Shown: in pieces, positions 1 to 11,989 of the stretch | How positions within the stretch are numbered: position 1 is the stretch's first letter | How the letters are laid out: each line of letters opens with the position of its first letter | Source of the DNA: Octopus sinensis | Lineage: Eukaryota | Length of the DNA: 64,000 nucleotides | Assembly (NCBI RefSeq): GCF_006345805.1 | Contig: NC_043008.1 | Coordinates: forward strand, 41,788,001-41,852,000 | Direction: 5' to 3' | Notes under the pieces: model-generated | Database searches by the model: none | Seen by the model: only the letters and a program-made list of their open reading frames with translations | Told to the model about the DNA's origin: nothing | Program-made: the position numbers and the translations under genes

Positions 1-1860
1 GAGAATTCCTTAAACTGTCTTTGTCTTCTTTTCCTCAAGGATTACATTTTAAGGAACAAATCGTTTGTGACAAGCCCCCATAATCTTTGAAATGCGTCGA
101 GCATTTGGTTCCATATCCGCAAACATAGTAAGACCTCTTTCGATATATGCAAATGCTTGCTGCATTTTCTTAATGGTAAAGTGACGTGGCTCAGGTTCGA
201 CTTCCTCTTCTTCTTTATTTTGCTGCTCGTGAAGCTCTATCAAACCCTCTTTCGTCAGGGGTTACTTGTCTTTTTCAAATAAATCTGCGAAATCTTCCTC
301 TTCCAAATCTATTTCCAGTTCTTTGCTCAGTCATGAACGTTCTGTTGATGGCAACATTTTCAAACCCCTTGAAATCATTCACGAATTGCAGGCAAAGCTT
401 CTCCCATACACTATTCATAGCCGTTCTCTGTACATCATTCTATGCGCTGATATGTTCTGTGCAGCCTTGTAGATATCGTATCGCTTTCATAAGTCACAAA
501 GTGTGATAAACTCATCAAGATCAATAGCAGCTATTACTTGCCGCAGCGTAAACTTCATATAGTAACGCTTGAAGATAGCAATTATTCTATGATCTGTTGG
601 CTGCAGAAGAGACGTGGTGTTCTGAGGAAGATATGCGACGGTAACGTTGGGGTCAAAATCTTTGATGTTTTGCGGGTGGCCAGGCGCATTATCTACGATA
701 AGTAAAACATTAAAAGAAATCCCCTCCTCCTTACAGTACTTCTCTCCTGCTGAAATAAAATGATTGAAGAACTAATCTTCAAAAACAACGACAGTAACCA
801 TGCTTTTGAATTAGCTATCCATATAACAGGTTGAGATGCATTGGATATGTTCTTCAAAGCACGGGAGTTGTGTGCATGATACACAGGCAATGACTTTAAC
901 TTTAAATCTTCTCCACAATTACCTCCCAACATAATGGTCAAACGTTCTGTTCAGACCTTGTAGCATGGAATAGCTTTCTCATTGTTAGAAATGAATGAAC
1001 GGTGTGGCAATTTTTTCCAATAAAATCCAGATTTTTCTACGTTAAAAGTCTATTCGGGAAGAAACCCTTTTTCATCGATGATTTTCTATAATGCATTAGG
1101 AAATTCCGCTGCTGCTTATTCGTCAGCTGATGCACACTCACCTTGATTCTTAATTGATTGATAACGTCGTTCCTCAAATCTCATGAACCATCCCTGACTT
1201 GCTTTCAATGTTATACACTTTCTCTCGAATGATTTCTTGATGATTCCACCTAAAAATCCAAAGAGAAAGAAGACGACTTTCCATTTCTTCAAAGATATTT
1301 GCCTCTTTTCTTACTGATGATGGTCTTCTTCATCCCTGAGGCTTCACATTTGCTATGGCCTAAAATCTTGTCCTTATCATGTATAATCATCGATACAGTT
1401 GTCTGACTCATCCCAAAAAGTCGTGCATTTGCGACCACTTTTTCACCTTTTTCATGGCCTTTAATCACAGCTAGTTTATATTCCAGCGTTATAATATGAT
1501 GCTCAGCACTTTCTCTATGAAAGTTCTTAGGAGCCATGGGGGAAAATAAATCACAAATGAATGAAAATGAGAAAGTAACAGATAAATTGACGTAAACAAA
1601 TCTGAATTCAAAACAATCGTGGGTATCATGAGTGACAACGACACCTAAGGGTAGATATTGGAACTACAGGGCGATATAAGCTCCGAAAGACCGATAAATA
1701 AGACAACACAGCTAATTTTATGATTTTCATCACTAAGATACGCTACTTTATGGTGTGTATCTTAACATTTACTGTACGTATTTTAATATGATTTTATATG
1801 CTTTTACTCTTATTTATTTTACAGTAACATGATTTTATGTGCTTTTAGCGGCTTTCTAGT
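1..1860 (-). mobile_element. Degraded pogo/Tigger-family DNA transposon (CENP-B-like HTH + DDE_1 transposase pseudogene); runs off the window start
   Basis: Minus-strand ORF pieces in the right order: 1289-1537 (MAPK...ITLEYKLAVIKGHEKGEKVVANARLFGMSQTTVSMIIHDKDKI, HTH), 693-941 (TIMLGGNCGEDLKLKSLPVYHAHNSRALKN, DDE_1 region), 49-243 (EEEEVEPEPRHFTIKKMQQAF, Tigger C-terminus). Multiple stops and frameshifts. The 5' boundary is approximate. Confidence 0.85.
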
Positions 1861-1867
1861 GATTTTT

Positions 1868-2195
<328 letters not shown>

Positions 2196-2957
2196 AAATA
2201 CATACGATGTACGTCTACTAAGAAATTAAATACCGCATGCCTTTGTATGTCTGTCATGTTTTATGAAACGTATTATTAACATATGAAATGTAAGTCTTTA
2301 GTTTAATACAAGTAAGTGTTATTTGGGATTAGTTCCATAGAGAGCAGGTCGGTACTTTCTGAGGATCATAGATAGCTAGTATTTATTTTGCGTGTTCTAG
2401 AATCATACATTCTATTGCATATTGCAAATCATAGATAGCTAGTATATATTTTGCATAAGTAACAACAGACCACCTCCTTTTATTGTTACTGCATTACGCT
2501 CAATATCGAGATTGATAATTCTTTTTCTAGGCCTCCTTTCGTCAATGCAGATGCCTCACAGCGGTATATGCCACTGCCGTGACAATTGATGATTCTTCAT
2601 CACGAAGAATACATACAGTCATACATATTTATATTTATACACACACATACATATGACAATATACCAACTATAATTGAAGGAGCTTTTGTTTTTACAAGTA
2701 GGTGTCTAACTGTCAATTTTATATGCTGGCGATTTAGAAAAGAAACCAACCAGCTAAGTTTCATCTTACGAGCACCATCCGATAGCGGAACAGTAAAAAT
2801 ATACAAGACATTTCTCAAGATCAAAATCAGAATACTTGGTTTTGTTATCGTTTCATTTTCATCTACATTCGAGCTCTGGGCTTTTCTATCATCGTTAGAA
2901 ACCACATCGTGTCTTGCAAGAAGATTCCATGTAATGGAAAATGGAACAGGACTTATA

Positions 2958-2958
<1 letters not shown>

Positions 2959-3035
<77 letters not shown>

Positions 3036-3197
3036 TATATAAATTATATATATAATGTATGTATGTATGTAATGTATATATATATGTATATATATACATA
3101 TATACATATATAATATATATATAAACATACATATATATACGCATATATATATACATTTACATATATATATACGTATATTATATATAATATATATATC

Positions 3198-3229
<32 letters not shown>

Positions 3230-3260
3230 ATATATCTATATATATATATATATATAATAT
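2959..3260. repeat. (TA)n microsatellite, degenerate
   Basis: Directly visible. Confidence 0.95.
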
Positions 3261-3722
3261 TACTAGCTTAAAAGCCGCCCGCTGGCTTTTAAGTCAACTC
3301 CTGTGGGTGGGGGGCACTTCATTATACCTAGGACCCAACAATGGCACTTCATGCATTGAGTACATATTAAATTTATTAAACTTGAACAATATTTTTCAAG
3401 CAATGAACAGTTTTTATCAAGGCAATGATATACGTTGTCGACTTGGAACTTATTGCAAAGCTGCATGATAAACAACATTTCTTGTCTTCCCATTTGGGGA
3501 CAGTACAACTAGCATCTTTCCATTCCCTACACTTGAATAACAAACATATAGCTGGTCGTAGGAAACAATAAACTTACTTCTAAAAGTTGGACGATAATTC
3601 TTCTGCTGCCACACAATTTAAACACAGTTTGATGTACTTTGATGTACACAGTTTTCGTACAAACAATTATTTGTAGTGGCTGGTATGTATCTAAATTCCT
3701 GTTCGTAGTTTGAAGGAAAATT

Positions 3723-4118
3723 CTTTTCTACTCTTAGCACAAGGCCCGAAATTTTGGGGGAGGGAACAGTCGATTAGATTGCCCCCAATACGCAACAGGT
3801 ACTTAATTTATCAACCCCGAAAGGATGAAAGGCAAAGTCAACCTCAGCAGAATTTGAACTCAGAACGTAAAGACAGACGAAATACCTATTTCTTTCCTAC
3901 CCACAAGGGTCTAAACACAGAGAGGACAAACAAGGGCAGACAAACGGATTAAGTCGATTATATCGACCCCAGTGCGCAACTGGTACTTATTTAATCGATC
4001 CCGAAAGGATGAAAGGCAAAGTCGACCTTGGCGGAATTTAAACTCAGAACGTAACGGCAGACGAAATACGGATACGCTTTTCGCCCGGCGTGCTAACATT
4101 TCTGCCAGCTCGCTTCCT
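3723..4118 (-). mobile_element. tRNA-derived dimeric SINE (family B here) with 17-bp target-site duplication
   Basis: Minus-strand head with A-box-like tggcagaaatgtt and B-box-like gagtttaaattcc; internally duplicated unit; TSD tagtttgaaggaaaatt at 3706-3722 and 4119-4135; homologues at 19200-19790, 37935-38075, 40655-40870, 44752-44945. Confidence 0.9.
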
Positions 4119-4319
4119 TAGTTTGAAGGAAAATTACACCACTGTTGCTAAATACTATTTAAAAGTGCGATTCATATGGTCTGGAATTTATCTAAACATA
4201 TTTTACCATGATTCCATATGAATTTCAATTCCATATGAATACTTCTTCAGGTCTTTGGATCACAAAGAAGAAATGGAATACTCAAGTGTGTTGTCTGGGC
4301 ATTGCATCTCTTTCTTTTT

Positions 4320-4719
4320 CTCTTTTACTTGTTTCAGTCATTTGACTGCGGCCACGCTGGAGCACCGCCTTTAGTCGAGCAAATCGACCCCGGGACTTAT
4401 TCTTTGTAAGCCCAGTACTTATTCTATCGGTCTCTTTTTGCCGAACCGCTAGGTTACGCGGACGTAAACACACCAGCATCGGTTGTCAAGCAATGCTAGG
4501 GGGACAAACACAGACACACAAACACACATACATATATATACATATATACATATATACGACAGGCTTCTTTCAGTTTCCGTCTACCAAATCCACTCACAAG
4601 ACATTGGTCGGCCCGGGGCTATAGCAGAAGACACTTGCCCAAGATGCCACGCAGTGGGACTGAACCTGGAACCATGAGGTTGGTTAGCAAGCTACTTACC
4701 ACACAGCCACTCCTGCGCC
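4320..4719 (-). mobile_element. tRNA-derived SINE (family A here; CORE-like segment; resembles octopus OR-type SINEs)
   Basis: Reverse complement of the ggcgcaggagtggctgtgtggtaag...ccttgggcaagtgtcttc...aagtaaaagag element repeated at 5498, 28214, 38425 and 47241. Family name is from recall, not from a search. Confidence 0.9.
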
Positions 4720-5497
4720 TTGTTAACAATTCTATTCAAATGTTGTGTGTTCGAACCTGCAGCTGGAATCATGCTGAGTTTATGGACCATGTTCATTATC
4801 GCACATTGGAACAACAAAAAGTTTAGTCTATGCTTCATCATTTCACAAACAAGCATGTCGTACGTTTTTATGTATCAGGCAGGACATGGGTTAAGGGCTG
4901 CACAATAACGATGACGAATGAAACGATAGCGACAGAATATTTTATAGAACTTTACCGACTTGAAAGCTAAGGGATAGTTACGTTAATCGAGTCGTTCACA
5001 AGTGTCTGCTACATGACATCAAACAGCGACTTTTCGTGATTTAATTACCTGTATTTTCGTAGTTCTCCATCACCATTTCTTACTCTCCTTCAACATCTCT
5101 CTCCTTTTCTCCCCCTCTCTCTCTCCCTGTCTACCTCTCTCTCTCTTTCTCATTCCTACACTTAATGAGATATTGCACGTTTAAATTAAGGTCACAATGT
5201 TAGAACACGTAAGTCCATCCTCTTGCTTTTTTTCTAATAAATTTTCTACCAGTGTACTTTAATGTTTAATTTAAAATTTACAAATTGATATGGTTCTATT
5301 TGTAACTGTTTATGTTGCTATTGTTGCTATTTAACCGGCCCCCGCCCTTTAAGCACTTCTATGAAGAGAATGAAACTAATATTGACCATCACATATTTTC
5401 AGACAGTTTACCTCCAAGCCCATTACTCAATACATCTTTCCTTTTGCCATTGACAGTAGGAGATCTAGGCAATTTTAACACGCACATACACACATAG

Positions 5498-5900
5498 AGG
5501 AGTGGCTGTGTGGTAAGTAGCTTGGTTACCAGCCACATGGTTCCCGGTTCAGTCCCACTGCGTGGCACCTTGGGCAAGTGTCTTCTACTATAGCTTCGGG
5601 CCGACCGAAGCCTTGTGGGTGGATTTGGTAGACAGAAACTGAAAGAGGCCCGTCGTATATATGTATATGTATATATGTGTGTATATATGTTTGTGTGTCT
5701 GTGTTTGTCCCCACCCCCAACATCACTTGACAACCGATGCTGGTGTGTTTACGTCCCCGTAACTTAGCGGTTCGGCAAAAGAGACCGATAGAATAAGTAC
5801 TAGGTTTACAAAGAATAAGTCCTGGGGCTTATTTGCTCCACTAAAGGCGATGCTCCAGCATGGCCGCAGTCAAATGAGTGAAACAAGTAAAAGAGTAAAG
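5498..5900 (+). mobile_element. SINE family A
   Basis: tRNA-like head (tggctgtgtggt...ggttcagtccc), internal microsatellite, aagtaaaagag tail. Confidence 0.9.
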
Positions 5901-6817
5901 AAAGTATAACTCAACCTTCAAGTTCCTAAACAGATTTAGAAACTTAAGGGAAAATTGTGTGACCAACGATTCAAAAGAAAGTGCACACTATTTCTTTTAC
6001 CCAACATATGGTTTCGAATTAAGGTAAAGGCCAGTAAGATAGTTTTTACTTTATTTTATCAACAGAAATATGATTTTGCCTTATTTTATCGACCACGGAG
6101 GGGATGAAGAGGAAAGGTTGGACAAAGAATATAAATATCTAGTCGACAGCTACAGGACAACCAACCGGACCATCATGTACAAGTAATTTATATGAGCACG
6201 CAGTCGATTACATCGACCTCGGTACCCAAATGATGCCTATTTTAACTGCATCAATAATGATCTACCTTTTCACCTACTAAAATTAAATAATGTCTATTCA
6301 AATCGCGCAGAATTGTCGTTCGTTAAAACAGGTTAATTTACGCGGCCGCAATTTCCTTGGGTATAGAAAAGATTTAGAGAATATCCCAGCTGGAATGAGT
6401 TTCTCTTTCATGATAGGTATCCTTGATATGGGTGAGATCACTTGGTAAACAAAGCTCAGTTAAAAGAAGGAGGAAAAACAAATTCTACCAAGGAAAAATT
6501 TGAACTCAAAACATACAGGAAAGGTAATAAACATACAAGTGATATTTTGTATAATTCATTGACGATTCTGCCCGTTCAAAACACCAGGCACTACTTTTGC
6601 TCAAAATCTCAACACTAGTTATGTTATCTAAGAGTGAAACATTATAATAATTGATTTTTATGCTTATGCTCTAGTGTCTCATATCTTATATGGCTATGCA
6701 TATGCATTTGAAGATTTTATTATGTAAATATATATGAACTCATACATAAACATATACACAAATGTTATATATATATATACATACATATATATGTATATAT
6801 ATATGTGTGTAATATAT

Positions 6818-6869
<52 letters not shown>

Positions 6870-7699
6870 CAAACAAGTTTCTGTACAATATATAACTATA
6901 TACATATATGTAGATATATATACATACATATATGTGTGTGTCTGTGTGTATGGGTGTTATGCCTTCATATGTATCTGAAGTGCTGGAGTTGGGACTAATA
7001 GATAAGTAGATAGATAAATATAGAGAGAACCATAGAGAGATTGCTAGATAGATAAAAATGTTGTTAGGTTTTATATTACCTATAAAATAAGTTGATAAAC
7101 TCTCAGGTGTATCTAGTAGCCGTAAAGCAATGGAGATTTTGTGTAATAAAATAGTACCAACGTCTGATTTGAGATATCAATAGCTGTATGCAGATATTGA
7201 CTTGAAATGTCCTGTGAACTCTTTATAGCGTATTTTGAAATGGAGGGAAGGATAGTATGTTTTCGTTCCACTTCTTTGTCTGCTCCACCTTCTTCTTCGG
7301 TATCGCTGCTATCATCTTCGTCTTCTTTTTTTTTTCCTTGCTTTATATCATATATCTTCATGAAAACTCTTGTCGAAGAATTTTCAAATTATTTTTTCCC
7401 AGTTTTATGATTCAAATATGTGACATACAAACTGTTTTTTAATACGTAATTAAATATATTCCTTCCTATATAATCATATGCGTCACCCTAAGATGTATGG
7501 GGAGCTAGATATAAAGAGATAGAGAGTGGTTGATAGAGAAATGTATAGATGATAGAGAGAGACATATCTATACTTGAATAATACCTACATATAACATGTA
7601 AGCTTATATAAATATGTCCATATATTTTAAGCATAGACCTAAGGTATAAGTGTGTGTGTGTATGTGTGTGTTTATGCTTTAAACATAGCTCTACTGTGT

Positions 7700-8120
7700 G
7701 TGTGTGCATGCATATATAATATATATATATTTACATATTTAAACGTACATATATATGTATTTACGTATAACTGTATATATGTTAGTATATTAATGTGTAA
7801 ATATACATATATATATATACGTATATGTGTCTACGTATATATACATATGTATATATGTATATATATATATATTTATATATATATATATATATATATTTAT
7901 ACACATATATACATATACGTATGCATATATATATACATATAAATATGTATATATGCATATATATATGTATGTATATGTATATATGCATATAAATATGCAT
8001 GTATATCTATACATATACATATGTATATTTATATATATATACACTTACATATGTATGTATTATATATGCGTATACATATGTATATATACACATGTAATTT
8101 TGTACGGGTATATATGTATG
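7700..8120. repeat. Degenerate (TA)n/(TATG)n low-complexity tract
   Basis: Directly visible. Confidence 0.9.
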
Positions 8121-8121
8121 T

Positions 8122-8458
8122 GAAGGCGCATGGCTCAGTGGTTAGAGCGTCGAGCTTACGATCGTGAGGTTGTGAGCTCGAATCCCGGACCGGGCTGAGT
8201 GTTGTGTTCTTGAGCAAAACACTTTATTTCACGTTGCTCCAGTTCACTCAGCTGTAGAAATGAGTTGCGACGTCACTGGTGCCAAGCTGTATCGGCCCTT
8301 GCCTTTCCCTTGGATAACACTGGTGGCGTGGAGAGGGGAGGCCGGTATGCATGGGCAAATGCTGGTCTTCCATAAACAACCTTGCCCGGACTTGTGCCAG
8401 GGAGGGTAACTTTCTAGGCGCAATCCCATGGTCTGTGTCGTGACCGAAGGAGGTCTCA
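8122..8458 (+). mobile_element. tRNA-derived SINE (C-like head/core, distinct 3' tail)
   Basis: A box tggctcagtggt, B-box-like gagctcgaatcc; core ttgtgttcttgagcaaaacact...tttcacgttgctccagt shared with family C; 3' half unrelated to the C tail. Confidence 0.85.
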
Positions 8459-8701
8459 AAAAAATATATGTATATACATATGTATATGTATATATATATA
8501 AATATATGTGTATATATATACATGTATATATATATATGTATATATATATGTATATATATATATACATATGTATATATATGTATATATATATACATATATG
8601 TATATATATAATTAATATATATATATATATATATATAATATATATATATATATACATACATACATACATACATTATACATATACATATAGCTATAAATAT
8701 A

Positions 8702-9250
8702 TTGGGTTGTCCGGAAAGTTCATGCCGATTTTTAAAGGAAAGAAAAAAGTCAATAATACTTGCCATTACATTTTTAATCAACCATTTTGTTGTACAATGC
8801 GTCTCCATCTTTCCTTTAACTTGAAAATACCCTCTTCCCAGAATTGAGGTGGTTTCATGGCAAAACATTCATCAAGGTATCTTCTTATGTCATCCAAGGA
8901 ATTGAAATTTTTACCATTAAGACTATTCTGCAGAGTCCTGTATAAATGGAAATCCAAAGGAGCAATATCTGGTGAATATGGAGGGTGGAGTAGCACATCC
9001 CAGCTGAGCTGCAGCAATTTTTGTCTGGTTCCCAAAGCAACAAGTGTCGAAAATAAATTTTCTTATCTTTTATTTTAAAAGGTTACAGAATTATCACAGG
9101 TTATAGGAATATAAACCTCCTTCCACGAAAACACAGCTTAAACTGTGCTCTAAAATGGGGTGTAGTCAAATCCTATTTTATGGGCCATGTTCTAAAATAG
9201 GTCAAAAGGTAAGCTGCTATAAATCGGCACGAACTTTCCGGACAACCCAA
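8702..9250 (-). mobile_element. Internally deleted mariner element with both TIRs and TA TSD
   Basis: TIRs ttgggttgtccggaaagttcatgccgattt (8702-) and aaatcggcacgaactttccggacaacccaa (-9250), flanked by TA; transposase C-terminus on the minus strand 8778-9035 (HPPYSPDIAPLDFHLY...[17 protein letters not shown]). Confidence 0.92.
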
Positions 9251-9266
9251 TATATATGTACATACG

Positions 9267-9311
<45 letters not shown>

Positions 9312-9342
9312 ATCTATATATACATTACATACATACATATGC

Positions 9343-9381
<39 letters not shown>

Positions 9382-9400
9382 CGCATTTGACTTTGTTTAC

Positions 9401-9438
<38 letters not shown>

Positions 9439-9448
9439 TATATATATA

Positions 9449-10361
9449 CTGGGTGTCCATAAAGTCTCTTTACAATTTTAAAATTTTATTAAAAAGGCAG
9501 TTGGCAAGATATCTTTACCAGATTTATTTTATTGTATTAATTGTATCTTACAGTTTTTTAACTGTTATTTAATAGACCTCAATATGGGCACCATTATTTG
9601 TACAAAAAATATCAAGACGGTACTCGATTTCTTGCAATGTTCGTTGGAGGATAGCCTCATCAATGGTGGCATTACGAATCCTTTGCTTCAATTCAGCAAT
9701 GTCCCGAATGCTTGTTTGATACACGATATCTTTTACATAACCCCATAAAAAGAAGTACTAGGTAGTGATATCTAGCGAACGCGGTGGCCATGGAATTGGC
9801 CCATTCCTTCCAATCCATTAGTCTAGAAATGTTTGATTGAGGAACTGACGAACATGCCGTCCCCAATGTGGTGGTGCACCATCTTGCTGGAAAATGATGG
9901 TTGATTGTAAATCAATCAGTTCTGGTGCCACATATTCTGTCAGAAGGTTGAGGTAAACATCTGTAGTAATTGTTGCCTCGTTGAAGAAAAATGGACCAAT
10001 TATTCGATTGCACATGATTCCACACCACACATTCACTTTTGGACTATCGCGTTGAAGGTCCCTCGTCACATGGGGGTGTTCTGATACCTAGATTCTCACA
10101 TTGTGTCTGTTTAATTTCCCTGAAACATGAAAAGTCGCCTCGTCACTAAATCAAACTCGCTTGAAGAATGCTTCATCCTCATTTTATAGGGGGTTAGTGA
10201 ATTAGTTCCCTTCCATCAACAGAGTATCTGAAACAAAAATTTAATATCAATAAAAACTTTAATAAACAATTATTAAAATAAAAGAAATCTGGTAAAAATA
10301 TCTCATCAACTGCCTTTGTAATAATTTTTTTGAATTGTAAAGAAACTTTATGGGCACCCTG
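9449..10361 (-). mobile_element. Internally deleted Tc1/mariner-superfamily element (WPPRSPDL-type transposase relic)
   Basis: Long imperfect TIRs c(t/a)gggtg(t/c)ccataaagt(c/t)tctttacaatt at both ends with TA flanks; minus-strand ORF 9818-10069 (SPKVNVWCGI...IIGPFFF...IFQQDGAPPH), continuing past a stop as WIGRNGPIPWPPRSLDIT. Confidence 0.92.
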
Positions 10362-10388
10362 TATATTATATATATATATATATATATA

Positions 10389-10639
10389 ATACCGGAGTAA
10401 ACACATAAATGTGAAACAAGGTGGAAAAAAGAGTACTCAAATACCAGGGGTAGAGTAATATGCTTTATTTAAAAGCAGCAGAAATTCAACAAAACCTGTA
10501 CTCGGAGTTTCACGTTCCCGTTCGTCGGACAGCTTTTGTTAAAATAGAACCGATATTTTAACAAAAACTGTCCGACGAACGGGAACGTGAAACTCCGAGT
10601 AACAGGTTTTGTTGAATTTCGGCTGCTTTTAAATAAAGT

Positions 10640-10642
<3 letters not shown>
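10389..10642. mobile_element. Penelope-like pseudo-LTR fragment arranged as a fold-back (arms 10459-10546 and 10554-10642), flanked by (TA)n
   Basis: About 88-bp near-perfect inverted repeat with a 7-nt loop; each arm carries a hammerhead-like motif. Penelope assignment is inferred from the HHR plus AATAAA and (TA)n context. Confidence 0.7.
10560..10613 (+). ncRNA. Type I hammerhead ribozyme motif, variant core CCGACGA
   Basis: Helix I aacaaaaactgt/acaggttttgtt (one mismatch), CCGACGA, helix II acg-ggaa-cgt, GAAA, near-palindromic helix III ACTCCGAGT, GTA cleavage triplet ending at 10601. Confidence 0.7.
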
Positions 10643-10675
<33 letters not shown>

Positions 10676-10822
10676 CTAACAATATAGGATGAAGTCCCCC
10701 TCTCTACAGAAAAGGATTCCATCAAAAAGCGTGACAGTATATTAAAAAACCCATTACGGTTGAAGTATAAACATGTTATAATTAAGGGCTATAGAATAAC
10801 TTTCTTTAGCCCTTAATTATAA

Positions 10823-10869
<47 letters not shown>

Positions 10870-10889
10870 GTGTGTGTGTGTGTGTGTGT

Positions 10890-10923
<34 letters not shown>

Positions 10924-11039
10924 AACATATTTACATCTTTTATATTAGTTTCAGCCCAAAGCTGTGGCCGTGCAGAGGCACCGCCGTTTTGCTACACTGT
11001 TATTATTGAGAGCCTCCTTTAATGTAGCATTTGGTGAAT

Positions 11040-11680
11040 AATGATTGATATCATTACTCTCTTTCGCACCTCCTGCCATTAAGTAAGTTCATCGGGGCCT
11101 CTTCGACAGGAAGATATGCAGTTTTAATTTGAAAACACCTACATCCACTTTGTGTAGTTCTCTCAGGATCTTTGGGAGAATATTAAAAAGCTGTGGCCCT
11201 ATGAAACCCAGGCTGCTGCACTATCTGATCCTGAAGCGCGATGCCATTGCTGAGATCTTTGACACTGTGCAATGACGACCCGTTCTGGCATTTGTGTAGC
11301 TTTCAATGCCAAAATTTCGCACAATCCTTTCCAGGATCTTCCAGATGTATATTATTACATATCTCTCCTGCCTTCGCTACAGGGAGTAAAGTTTTCGATA
11401 CTTCAGCCTATCCTAGTAACTGAGCTGTTGCAATGAGACGATCTTTCTTTTGAAGCTTTGCTGGATTGCTTCATGGTAAGCTATTAATTTTATACTGGTG
11501 AGTGACCATAGCTGGGATCAATAATCCAGGCGCCTGAGGACGAATGTTATCCAGATACCATTATTATTAATGTTTTATAAAGCTCAAATGAGGCTCACGA
11601 TAAAAGTTTGCTCTAAAATCTTGGGATGCATTGATGATGCACAAAGTGACATTCATGAACATAGGAAGAATAGGCGCACA
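11040..11680 (-). mobile_element. Degraded 3' fragment of a CR1/L2-group LINE
   Basis: Minus-strand translation WITFVLRRLDY*SQLWS...EAIQQSFKRKI, then RIVRNFGIESYTNARTGRHC...SLGFIGPQLFNILPK, typical of post-RT C-terminal regions; many disablements. Confidence 0.7.
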
Positions 11681-11989
11681 TCTGTCATTATCATATAAGG
11701 TTGTCCGCAGCTACCACCCAGCCATTGTTCTACGGGTACGCCGTCTTTCCCCCACTCCCTCTCTTTCTCTCTCTCTTTGAATTCTTTTACTGCTACTCAT
11801 CTCACCTCTCCTCATTCCATTATCCTTGAGAACATCTTTCCCTCAGCTAATCCCGCCCTAATCACCAAATCTTTTTCTTACTTCTTCGAACGTAGGTCCA
11901 TGGCATTTTCTCTCTGTGAATATTTTCTGCAAGTATTGACTCACAAAGTTTCAAGAGAAACATTAATAACATCTATGTCACCAATCTAG

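Noticed and set aside
8122-8195. tRNA-like sequences (also 5498, 39216, 39608, 45683, 47241)
   Set aside because: A/B boxes are present but no complete cloverleaf; they continue into SINE bodies.
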